Origin: Acutalibacteraceae bacterium
GTDB lineage: Bacteria; Actinomycetota; Coriobacteriia; Coriobacteriales; UMGS124
Assembly: GCA_963619535.1 (NCBI GenBank)
Contig: CAVEWV010000003.1
Coordinates: 2,263 to 66,262 of the forward strand
DNA: 64,000 nt
Direction: 5' to 3'
The position numbers and the translations under genes were made by a program. Shown here in pieces: positions 16,864-24,633 of this stretch. Under the pieces are notes generated by a model. It was not told where the DNA came from, ran no database searches, and saw only the letters and a list, made by a program, of their open reading frames with translations. Each line of letters begins with the position of its first letter. Within the stretch, counting starts at the first letter, position 1.

Positions 16864-18675
16864 ATGGCCAGCGCCGATGTCGCCCGCCTTACCGAGCAGC
16901 TTGCCGACTGCCGCAAGCGATTCAAGGCGGTGCTGCACCTTCTGCGGCACACCGCGAGCTTCGGGCTCGACGCCGACCAGACCTGCGACCAGATAGCCGA
17001 CGAGCTCGCGCAGGCCCTGCTGGCAGACGCCGCGATCTTCTACCTCGTGGCCGACAAGGGCTTCGTCCCCTTCGGCGTCTCCGAGGGCTTCCGCAGCCTC
17101 GCGGGTGACTTCTCCCAGAAGCCCTCCTCGCCGGGCATCCCGCCCATTGTGTCGCGTTCCCGGCAGACCATGTCGTTCGAGGTCCTGGAGCGGCCCGCCA
17201 CCCCCGACGACCCCTGCATCATGCGCGACGCCTCGGGCACGCGCTACAAGGCCCGCACCATCCTGGGCACATCGTGCACCTGCCTCGTGGGCGCCCCCGT
17301 GTACTCGGGCGACCGCGTGGCGGCGGTGCTCGTCTTCGGGTGGAAGCGCCCCCACGAGCTCGACGGCGAGGAGCGCGAGATCCTCCAGGACCTCTGCGAG
17401 ACGCTGTCGTTCGGCATCTCGTCCGCCTTCAGCCAGGTGCGCCTGGAGCACTCCAACGACCTCAAGGACGCCCTCATCGCCATCCACGACGTCGTGGCGC
17501 ACAGCGAGGAGCTCTGCCGCTCGGTGGCGCTCGAGGTGGCCGAGACCATCGCGTGCGCCTTGCCGGCTCGCGTGCTGCTCGTCGAGGGGGACCAGGACGG
17601 CCAGGGCTGCAAGGTGACGCCCCTGGAGCCGGGCCACGAGGCCGCGGAGCCCCTGCAGACCAACATGCGCTTCGAGGGCGTCGTGGGCGAGGGCGGGCAG
17701 ATCCGCGCCATCCAGCACGCAAGCGACGTGGGCATGTGGGTGGCACGTCACACCGACCTCAACTCGGGCTTCGTGGTGCCCATCGCCGACGAGTGCCTCT
17801 GCGGCCAGGGGCGCTATGCGCTGCTTGTGCTGCGCGGCATGTTCGACGTGCCCTTCGACTTCATCGACGAGGAGTTCCTGCGCGACGTCTCCCACGAGGT
17901 GGCCCGCATCGTGACCACCGAGCGCATCCATGCCAACGAGGCCCAGATCGCCCACGCCCTGCAGGTGGGCCTGCGCAACGAGATCCCCCAGGTCGGCGGC
18001 ATCTCCACGGCGTCGCTGTACGTCTCGGCCACCGAGGCGGCCGTCGTGGGGGGCGACTTCTTCGACCTGCACCAGCTCGACGAGGAGCGCTTCGTCGTGG
18101 TGATGGGCGACGTGTCGGGCAAGGGCGTGGAGGCCGCCGTGGTGGCGTCCATGGCCAAGACCGGCCTTGCCGCCTATGCCTGGGACAAGGCCGACCCCGA
18201 CGAGATGGTGGAGGCCTTGAACAGCCTGTTCCTGAGCTTCTCGCGCGTCGAGACCTTTGCCACGATGTGCGTCGTCATGGTGGACCTCGCAAGCCAGAGC
18301 GCCAAGTACTGCAGCGCCGGGCATCCGCCGGCGATGCTCGTGCACGGCCCCGACACGGCAAACCCCTCGCTGGAGCTGCTCACCGTGCAGTCGCCCGTGG
18401 TGGGCGCCTTCGAGGGCATGCGCTACGTCTCGGGGTCGTTCTCGTTCGACCTGGGCGACGTGCTGTTCCTCTACACCGACGGCACCACCGAGGCGCGCAG
18501 CCCCTCGGGGGGCTTCTTCGGCGAGGGGAGCCTGCGCGACGCCCTCTTGCGCGCCTGCCGCTTCGGCTTGGACGACATCCCCCGCCGCGTCCTCAAAGAG
18601 GTGGAGGACTTCGCCGGGGGAGACACCCACGACGACATCGCCATGCTCGCCGTGCGCTTCGACGGCCTGGTGTAG
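16864..18675 (+). CDS. GAF-like sensor domains fused to a SpoIIE/RsbU-type PP2C serine phosphatase
   Basis: ATG at 16864 with GGGAGG RBS (the track ORF starts upstream, inside the tRNA). C-terminal PP2C motifs GGDFFDLH, VVMGDVSGKGVEAA, LFLYTDGTTEA, DDIAMLAVRF. The roughly 400-aa N-terminal region looks like tandem GAF domains. Confidence 0.85.
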   Translation: MASADVARLTEQLADCRKRFKAVLHLLRHTASFGLDADQTCDQIADELAQALLADAAIFYLVADKGFVPFGVSEGFRSLAGDFSQKPSSPGIPPIVSRSRQTMSFEVLERPATPDDPCIMRDASGTRYKARTILGTSCTCLVGAPVYSGDRVAAVLVFGWKRPHELDGEEREILQDLCETLSFGISSAFSQVRLEHSNDLKDALIAIHDVVAHSEELCRSVALEVAETIACALPARVLLVEGDQDGQGCKVTPLEPGHEAAEPLQTNMRFEGVVGEGGQIRAIQHASDVGMWVARHTDLNSGFVVPIADECLCGQGRYALLVLRGMFDVPFDFIDEEFLRDVSHEVARIVTTERIHANEAQIAHALQVGLRNEIPQVGGISTASLYVSATEAAVVGGDFFDLHQLDEERFVVVMGDVSGKGVEAAVVASMAKTGLAAYAWDKADPDEMVEALNSLFLSFSRVETFATMCVVMVDLASQSAKYCSAGHPPAMLVHGPDTANPSLELLTVQSPVVGAFEGMRYVSGSFSFDLGDVLFLYTDGTTEARSPSGGFFGEGSLRDALLRACRFGLDDIPRRVLKEVEDFAGGDTHDDIAMLAVRFDGLV

Positions 18676-18769
18676 CGCAAAGCCGCTCGTCTGCCTCGCT
18701 CGCTGATTGGGCGGCCGACAATTGGGGAACAAGACCGGGAGTTTGGTTGCCGATCCCCGAGGAGGTGCG

Positions 18770-19540
18770 ATGCTTGTCGACAAGGGATCGCTCGTCATCT
18801 CCCTGGCGGGCGACATCACCTGGCAGAACGCCTCCGCGCTGCGCGAGCGGCTCGGCCTCATCGTGCAGCAGGGCTACTCGACCCTCGTGCTCAACGTCGA
18901 CTCGGTGGGCCATATTGACACATCGGGCATGGCCGTGCTCGTGTCGTTCAGCCGCCGGCTTCAGGCCAAAGGGGGCCGCCTGCTGCTCCTGAACGCCTCC
19001 CAGGGCGTGATCTGCGCCCTGCGCCAGGCGGGCCTCACGGGCAAGATCCCCTGCATCCCCAAGGGGACGGCGGGCGTGCGCGAGGTGGGGGTGCCCAGCG
19101 ACGAGAACCCCCTGCGCGTCTATACCATCAGCCTGTCGCGTGACCCCTCCTCCATGGAGCAGGCGCGAAAGTCCGTCGCCAACATCCTGCAGGCGCTCCA
19201 GCTGCCGCGCAGCACCGCCTACGACATCGTGCTCGCCTTGGGCGAGGCCCTCGGCAACGCCTTCGACCACGGCGGCGGCTCCCAGGGGCAGGAGGGCGAC
19301 GTCTCGGCCACCATCTCGCTGTATTCCGACCGGCTCGTGATGGAGGTCAACGACTGCGGCTCGGGCATCTCCTACGCCCAGGGCGACGAGCTGCCGCAGG
19401 CAAGCCTGGAGCGCGGGCGGGGCATCAAGCTCATGCTCATGCTCGCCGACTCCATATCCATCACGCCGCGCGCCTCGGGCAAGGGGACCTGCGTGCGCCT
19501 CGTGAAGATGCTCAACCTGGAGCCCGCCGTCAAAGGGTAG
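18770..19540 (+). CDS. fusion protein: STAS (anti-sigma-factor antagonist) domain + RsbW/SpoIIAB-like serine kinase (HATPase_c)
   Basis: ATG at 18770 with GAGGAGG RBS. STAS part LVLNVDSVGHIDTSGMAVLVSF (conserved Ser52). Kinase part has N box LGEALGNAFDHG, G1 VNDCGSGIS, G2 ERGRGIKLM. Confidence 0.8.
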   Translation: MLVDKGSLVISLAGDITWQNASALRERLGLIVQQGYSTLVLNVDSVGHIDTSGMAVLVSFSRRLQAKGGRLLLLNASQGVICALRQAGLTGKIPCIPKGTAGVREVGVPSDENPLRVYTISLSRDPSSMEQARKSVANILQALQLPRSTAYDIVLALGEALGNAFDHGGGSQGQEGDVSATISLYSDRLVMEVNDCGSGISYAQGDELPQASLERGRGIKLMLMLADSISITPRASGKGTCVRLVKMLNLEPAVKG

Positions 19541-19655
19541 GGGCGTGCGATCTCGCGCCGTTGGGAACGGCCGGGTGCGAGGAAGCGGCGAGGCCGGGGA
19601 CATCGGGCATGTTTTGTTGAAAATGTGTGCCTCACAGCCGAATGCATGATTGGCC

Positions 19656-19684
19656 TTGCCAAAGTCGCGCTCTTCCCGTAAAGT
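19656..19684 (+). promoter_or_regulatory. sigma-70/SigA-type promoter for tRNA-Val
   Basis: TTGCCA (19656-19661), 17-nt spacer, TAAAGT (19679-19684), about 38 nt upstream of the tRNA. Confidence 0.5.
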
Positions 19685-19722
19685 GAATACCCGCTGATGA
19701 GCACTACAGTAAATCAGCCGAT

Positions 19723-19797
19723 GGGCGTTTAGCTCAGGGGGAGAGCGCTTCCCTGACACGGAAGAGGTCACAAGTTCAAATCTTGTAACGCCCACCA
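19723..19797 (+). tRNA. tRNA-Val (anticodon GAC), CCA encoded
   Basis: Acceptor GGGCGTT/AACGCCC, D-arm AGCTCAGGGGGAGAGC, anticodon stem CTTCC/GGAAG with loop CTGACAC, T-arm CAAGTTCAAATCTTG. Confidence 0.9.
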
Positions 19798-19809
19798 TCG
19801 AATCTTCAA

Positions 19810-19840
19810 GCCAGGAGGCTACGCCTTCTGGCTTTTTTCG
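19810..19840 (+). terminator. intrinsic terminator after tRNA-Val
   Basis: Approximately 9-10-bp stem GCCAGGAGG(C) / (G)CCTTCTGGC followed by TTTTTTCGTTT. Confidence 0.6.
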
Positions 19841-19951
19841 TTTCTCGTCTCCTTTCAGGCCGGTTGCGGCTGAGGCCGGGACGCGCCCCCATGCGCCCAT
19901 GTTCGGGAAGCGGGGCGCGGGCGTCTCCCGGCCTCTTGGTGCGGGCGTGCC

Positions 19952-20803
19952 TTACGAGTCGGCCTCGGCCTGGGCCTCCTTGAGCGTGGGGGCCTCGCGG
20001 GGCTCGGCGTACTCCACGTTCTCGAAGCGGTCGCGCATGAACTCGTCGTCGTAGTGCTGGTCGATGAAGCGCTCCAGGGCGTTCGTGGCGACGTACCCCT
20101 CGTCGCGGGCCACCTTGCGCAGCGCCACGGCGATGGTCATGGCGCAGTCGGCCACCAGGAAGGCGGTGAGCGCCACGACGAGGACCGTGCGCCCGGGCTC
20201 CTTGGGCGTCCCCAGCAGGAAGATGATCTCGGGCATGATGGAGTAGGCCCAGACGCAGCCGAGCATGCCCCACATGATGCTCATGCGCAGGCACACGTAG
20301 TTCGTGATGGCGTCGGGGTAGGACTCGTAGGTCCACGAGACCACGCCGAGGATCCCCTCCAGGCACATGCCGCAGAACTGCTCCAGCGCCGAACCTATGC
20401 ACATGGACGCCAGGAATATCACCCAGGCCGGGCGCTTACGGATCCCCCACAGGCAGACGGTGAGCAGCACCGCGCCCACGCCGTATAAGGGGGAGAAGGG
20501 GCCCCACACCAAGCCGTAGCGGTGCTGCCAGGCGCCTTGCGTCACGAGCCACCAGAGGGTCTCGAGGATCAGCCCCAGGATGCTCGCCACGGTGAAGATG
20601 ACCACGAGGTGGTAGAAGCTCACGTGGTCGAGCGAGTCCAGGTAGCGTTCCCTGCGCTCGCGCCGGCGCCTGCTCGACGCCTCCCACTCCTCCTTGGTCA
20701 GCTTCGCCTTGCCCAGTCGCCTCTTTGCGAACAGGGTGCCGCGTGCCAGGGCGAACGCCAGGCCGACCAGGCATAGCAGCATGAAGAGGATGAGAAGGAT
20801 CAT
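19952..20803 (-). CDS. polytopic membrane protein (resembles the DUF1113 / putative ABC-transporter type IV, CmpB-like family)
   Basis: Start taken at the internal Met (MILLILFM..., 20803). One N-terminal TM, a basic linker (RRRRERRERY), then several TMs with ETLWW...GLVWGPFSPLYGVGAV typical of that family as I recall it. Confidence 0.6.
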   Translation of the reverse strand: MILLILFMLLCLVGLAFALARGTLFAKRRLGKAKLTKEEWEASSRRRRERRERYLDSLDHVSFYHLVVIFTVASILGLILETLWWLVTQGAWQHRYGLVWGPFSPLYGVGAVLLTVCLWGIRKRPAWVIFLASMCIGSALEQFCGMCLEGILGVVSWTYESYPDAITNYVCLRMSIMWGMLGCVWAYSIMPEIIFLLGTPKEPGRTVLVVALTAFLVADCAMTIAVALRKVARDEGYVATNALERFIDQHYDDEFMRDRFENVEYAEPREAPTLKEAQAEADS

Positions 20804-20975
20804 CGCGGCCCTTTCTGTGGGAAGCGCACGAAACCAAACCTTAATAATAGCCCGGGCGCTGGCGCTTCGCGGGGCTGCCGCCAATTCCCCATCAGTCGGG
20901 GCAATCCGTCGCTGGTCTCAAATATGAAGGATATATGGCGAGAATTGCAAACTTGGCGTTCCGACAAAGTAAGGC

Positions 20976-21004
20976 TTGCGAAAGGAGACGTTCTGCCGTA
21001 AAGT
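20976..21004 (+). promoter_or_regulatory. sigma-70/SigA-type promoter for the tRNA-Gly/tRNA-Cys pair
   Basis: TTGCGA (20976-20981), 17-nt spacer, TAAAGT (20999-21004), 12 nt upstream of tRNA-Gly. Confidence 0.5.
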
Positions 21005-21016
21005 ACTTCCTCGCAC

Positions 21017-21092
21017 GCGGACTTGGCTCAGTTGGTAGAGCACAACCTTGCCAAGGTTGGGGTCGCGGGTTCGAGTCCCGTAGTCCGCTCCA
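21017..21092 (+). tRNA. tRNA-Gly (anticodon GCC), CCA encoded
   Basis: GCGGACTTGGCTCAGTTGGTAGAGCACAACCTTGCCAAGGTTGGGGTCGCGGGTTCGAGTCCCGTAGTCCGCTCCA. Acceptor GCGGACT/AGTCCGC, anticodon loop TTGCCAA. Confidence 0.9.
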
Positions 21093-21103
21093 TGCTTAAC
21101 ACA

Positions 21104-21126
21104 GGGCCGTTCTTCGGCCCTTTTGT
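21104..21126 (+). terminator. terminator-like hairpin between tRNA-Gly and tRNA-Cys (possibly a processing or partial-termination element)
   Basis: GGGCCG TTCTT CGGCCC followed by TTTTGTT. It sits only 6 nt before tRNA-Cys. Confidence 0.4.
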
Positions 21127-21132
21127 TAGGAT

Positions 21133-21206
21133 GGCGATGTGGCCAAGTGGTAAGGCAGAGGCCTGCAAAGCCTTTACCCCCAGTTCGAATCTGGGCATCG
21201 CCTCCA
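21133..21206 (+). tRNA. tRNA-Cys (anticodon GCA), CCA encoded
   Basis: Acceptor GGCGATG/CATCGCC, anticodon loop CTGCAAA, T-arm CCCAGTTCGAATCTGGG, TCCA end. Confidence 0.9.
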
Positions 21207-21218
21207 ATGTTTATTTAG

Positions 21219-21247
21219 AACCGCCTCGAAAGGGGCGGTTTTTTTGT
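21219..21247 (+). terminator. intrinsic terminator after tRNA-Cys
   Basis: Stem CCGCCTC / GGGGCGG with GAAA tetraloop, followed by T7 GTTT. Confidence 0.7.
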
Positions 21248-21549
21248 TTGCGCACCTCTCCTTGGCGCCTTGCTGCCCGATGTCGGCGTTTCGGCCGCCT
21301 GGCCGGCGAACTGTCGCCTGACGCAATCGCACCTGATCGGTCCCTTCGACTCCCCGGTCGTTGCGCGCTCCTCGGCCGTCGTGCCCCCTCCTGTGCCGGG
21401 GGCTTGTTGCCCCACGTGCGCACAGGGACTGCTGGGCTGCCCAGCCATGGCAATCTCTGGCTCTTTTGCCCGCCAGGCGGCGCGCGGCGGTGGGGGGCCT
21501 TAGTATGTCCCCATAACTTTGTCCGCAGGGGCGGCACCGTGCTGCCGCC

Positions 21550-22704
21550 ATGGCTGAACCGAGGATTCTGGGCGTGCTGATTACCACCGACGAGCAACTC
21601 CGCGCGTTTTGCACGCGCGCCGCGGCCAGCGAGGTCCTGGCCATCGACACCGAGTTCCTGCGCGAGAGGACGTACCGGGCGCGCCTGTGCCTCGTGCAGC
21701 TCGGCACCGACGACGAGCAGGTGGCCGTCGACCCCTTCTGCGTGACCGACACCGCCCCCCTCGTCGCCCTCTTCGACAACCCCGCCATCACGAAGGTGCT
21801 CCATGCCTGCACCCAGGACATGGAGGTGCTGCTCGACTGGTGTGGGATGCTGCCGCACCCCATCTTCGACACCCAGGTGGCGGCCTCCTTCATCTCCGAC
21901 CACCATCAGATAGGCTACGGCCCCCTGGTGGAGGAGTACTGCCACGTGCATCTCCCCAAGTCCGACTCCCTGACCGACTGGTCGGCACGTCCCCTCGACT
22001 CCGGCCAGCTGGCCTACGCGCTCGACGACGTGCGCTACCTGCCCCAGATCTGGCGCACCATGCGCGACAAGCTCGACAAGCTGGGCCGCAGCTCCTGGGT
22101 CGCCGACGAGTTCGCACATGCCTGCGACCCCGCATCGTACAGGCACGACCCGCGGCTGGCCTACCGTAAGGTGAAGCGGGTCGGGTCGCTGTCGCGCAAG
22201 CAGATGAGCGTGGCGCGCGAGGTGGCCGCTTGGCGCGAGGAGCGTGCCTGCGCCCTGGACCGGCCGCGACGCTGGATCCTGAGCGACGAGCTGCTGGCCG
22301 AGATCGCCAAGCGCACGCCTACGAGCGAGTCGTCGCTTTTGCGCATCAGGGGCACCTCCGACCTCGACGCCGAGTCGCGCGCCCAGGTGCTGCGCGCCGT
22401 GCGCGAGGGCCTGGCGTGCCCGCCCGAGCTCTATCCCGACATGGCCCGCCGCTCCAAACCCAGCCTGGACAGCGAGTGCGTCTGCGACCTCATGTACGCC
22501 ATGACCAGGATGGTGGCCGACCGCGAGCACGTGGCGTCGTCGCTGCTCGCCTCGCGCGACGACCTCATCGACTACCTCGAGGGCAAGTCCGACTCGCCCC
22601 TCACGCGCGGCTGGCGCCACGAGCTTTTGGGCTCGCACCTCGACGCCCTGCTCGCCGGGCAGGTCGGCCTCACGGTGGTCGACGGCAAGATCGAGCTTCT
22701 CTAA
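21550..22704 (+). CDS. rnd: ribonuclease D (DEDD 3'-5' exonuclease + HRDC)
   Basis: 384 aa. LAIDTEFLRERTYRARLCLVQL (ExoI), VLHACTQDMEVL (ExoII), YALDDVRYL (ExoIII), HRDC-like region (VAREVAAWREERA). Confidence 0.85.
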   Translation: MAEPRILGVLITTDEQLRAFCTRAAASEVLAIDTEFLRERTYRARLCLVQLGTDDEQVAVDPFCVTDTAPLVALFDNPAITKVLHACTQDMEVLLDWCGMLPHPIFDTQVAASFISDHHQIGYGPLVEEYCHVHLPKSDSLTDWSARPLDSGQLAYALDDVRYLPQIWRTMRDKLDKLGRSSWVADEFAHACDPASYRHDPRLAYRKVKRVGSLSRKQMSVAREVAAWREERACALDRPRRWILSDELLAEIAKRTPTSESSLLRIRGTSDLDAESRAQVLRAVREGLACPPELYPDMARRSKPSLDSECVCDLMYAMTRMVADREHVASSLLASRDDLIDYLEGKSDSPLTRGWRHELLGSHLDALLAGQVGLTVVDGKIELL

Positions 22705-22714
22705 GGGGGGGCGC

Positions 22715-24094
22715 ATGGCCTGGCAGCTCACCGCGCCCTCGCCCCAGCAGGGTGCAAAGGACGGCGCCATCAGCGTGGCGGAGGCCCTGGGGCGGGCCAA
22801 GGCCCAGCTGGAGGGCATGACGCTCGTGGTCGAGGGCGAGGTGTCCCAGTTCAAGGACAGCCCGGGCTACAAGGCCGTCTACTTCCCCGTGTCCGACGGC
22901 GCCGCCACGATGGACTGCATGATGTGGCGCAACCGCTACCTGGCAGGCGAGCTGCGCCTGCGCCCCGGCCTGCGGGTGCGCCTCACGGGGCGCTTCTCGG
23001 TGTATCCGGCAAAGGGCCGCATGCAGTTCGAGATATTCAAGCTGGAGGAGGCGGGGGAGGGCGACCTGCGCGCCAAGGTGGCCCGGCTTGCGCGCAAGCT
23101 CGACGCCGAGGGCCTCATGGACCCGGCCCGCAAGCTCCCCGTGCCGGCGTTCTGCGAGCGCGTCGTGGTGGTCACCTCGCCGCACGGCAAGGTGAAGGAC
23201 GACGTGGCCCGCACCCTGCGCCGCCGCAACCCCCTCGTGCGCCTGCAGTTCTGCCCCGTGCAGGTGGAGGGGGCGGGGGCCGCCGAGCTCATGGTGCGCG
23301 CCCTGGCCGCGGCCCAGCAGGCCCGGCCCGACGCCATCCTGCTCGTGCGCGGCGGCGGCTCCTACGAGGACCTCATGCCCTTCAACGACGAGGCGCTCGC
23401 CCGTGCCGTCGCGGCAAGCGAGGTACCTGTCGTCACCGGCATCGGCCACGAGCCGGACACCACCATCTGCGACATGGTGAGCGCCCGGCGCTGCTCCACA
23501 CCCACCGCGGCCGCCGAGTCGGTGGCCCCCGACCTGTCCGAGCTCACCTCGTCGCTCGACGCCCTCACCCGCAGGCTCGGCTCCGCCCTGCGCATCTCCC
23601 TTGAGGGACGCAGGCACGACGTGGAGCTGCTCGCCGCCCGGCCGTGCCTGTCCGACCCCATGCGCACCGTGGTGGAGGCGCCGGCCCGCGAGCTCGACCT
23701 GGCGCAGGACAGGCTCATGGCTGCCCTTCCCGCCCAGGTGCAGCGCTCCCGCGCCGACCTCGACGCGCGTGGCTCGGCCCTGGCCGCGAGCCTGCCGGCC
23801 CGGCTTGGGCGCGAGGACGCGGCCCTGGGCAACCAGACGCTCAGGCTTACCCATGCGGGCGGCAGCCTGCTCGAGCCCTGGCAGCGTGGCTTGGCCGTGC
23901 AGGCCGGCAAGCTCGAGGCGCTCTCGCCGCTTGCCGTCATCGCCCGCGGCTACAGCATGGTTCTTGACGGGCAGGGCGGCGTCGTCTCAAGCGTGGGCGC
24001 CGTGGCTGTGGGCGACGTCGTGGACGTGCGCCTTTGCGACGGCACGCTCGCCTGCACGGTCGATGCGATCACATCCCAGGAAAGGAGTGCCTGA
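22715..24094 (+). CDS. xseA: exodeoxyribonuclease VII large subunit
   Basis: 459 aa. N-terminal OB fold (VEGEVSQFKDSPGYKAVYFPVSD), catalytic core (VVVTSPHGKV...LVRGGGSYEDLMPFNDE...TGIGHEPDTT), coiled-coil tail. Confidence 0.9.
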   Translation: MAWQLTAPSPQQGAKDGAISVAEALGRAKAQLEGMTLVVEGEVSQFKDSPGYKAVYFPVSDGAATMDCMMWRNRYLAGELRLRPGLRVRLTGRFSVYPAKGRMQFEIFKLEEAGEGDLRAKVARLARKLDAEGLMDPARKLPVPAFCERVVVVTSPHGKVKDDVARTLRRRNPLVRLQFCPVQVEGAGAAELMVRALAAAQQARPDAILLVRGGGSYEDLMPFNDEALARAVAASEVPVVTGIGHEPDTTICDMVSARRCSTPTAAAESVAPDLSELTSSLDALTRRLGSALRISLEGRRHDVELLAARPCLSDPMRTVVEAPARELDLAQDRLMAALPAQVQRSRADLDARGSALAASLPARLGREDAALGNQTLRLTHAGGSLLEPWQRGLAVQAGKLEALSPLAVIARGYSMVLDGQGGVVSSVGAVAVGDVVDVRLCDGTLACTVDAITSQERSA

Positions 24095-24339
24095 TGGCAC
24101 AGGAAATGAAGGACGTCTCCGAGCTCACCTATCGTCAGGCGACCGCCGAGCTCGAGCAGGTCGTGCGCGCCCTTGAGTCCAACCAGCTCGAGCTTGAGGA
24201 GTCGCTGGAGCTCTATAAGCGCGGCGTGGAGCTGCTCGCCTCGCTGCGCTCGCGCCTGGCGCAGGCCGAGCAGCAGGTGAGCGCCCTCATGGGGCAGATC
24301 GAGGTAGACACCGACGAGCGCGACACGACCCTGAGCTAG
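24094..24339 (+). CDS. xseB: exodeoxyribonuclease VII small subunit
   Basis: The ATG at 24094 overlaps the xseA TGA (TGATG). 81 aa. LTYRQATAELEQVVRALESNQLELEESLELYKRGVEL is the typical XseB helix hairpin. Confidence 0.85.
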   Translation: MAQEMKDVSELTYRQATAELEQVVRALESNQLELEESLELYKRGVELLASLRSRLAQAEQQVSALMGQIEVDTDERDTTLS

Positions 24340-24633
24340 CGCGCTGCGGCACGGGGCCCGGCCTCGCGCGGCGTCTCTCGGGCACGTTGATGCCACATCC
24401 TGGCCTGGCCGGTTGGGGCCCGCCGCAAGCCCGCGCGTGGCTACCGTTCGCGGGGTGCGTCCATGCTTCGCACACGTTTGCGCTCCCGCTGCCGCCGATA
24501 AGCGGCCGCGCGTCGATGCGTCGCATGCCCTGCGGGCCCCAGGCCGTGCTTTGGATAGAATGTAGTCGATTATCTCTGTGCTTCCGTGCCCGGAACGTGC
24601 GCGTCTCGGGCATTTTCATTTGGTGGAGGGTCC

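Noticed and set aside
16707-21206. Possible tRNA-targeted genomic island. Four tRNA genes bracket the PP2C/STAS-kinase pair and a membrane protein.
   Set aside because: There is no integrase, recombinase or mobility gene. I could find no direct repeat of a tRNA 3' end (att-like), and GC content and codon style match the surroundings. The tRNAs each have their own promoter and terminator. It looks like an ordinary tRNA-rich locus.
21023-21580. A 185-aa ORF spanning tRNA-Gly, tRNA-Cys and the downstream spacer.
   Set aside because: It reads straight through two well-folded tRNA genes and two terminators, so it is an artefact.
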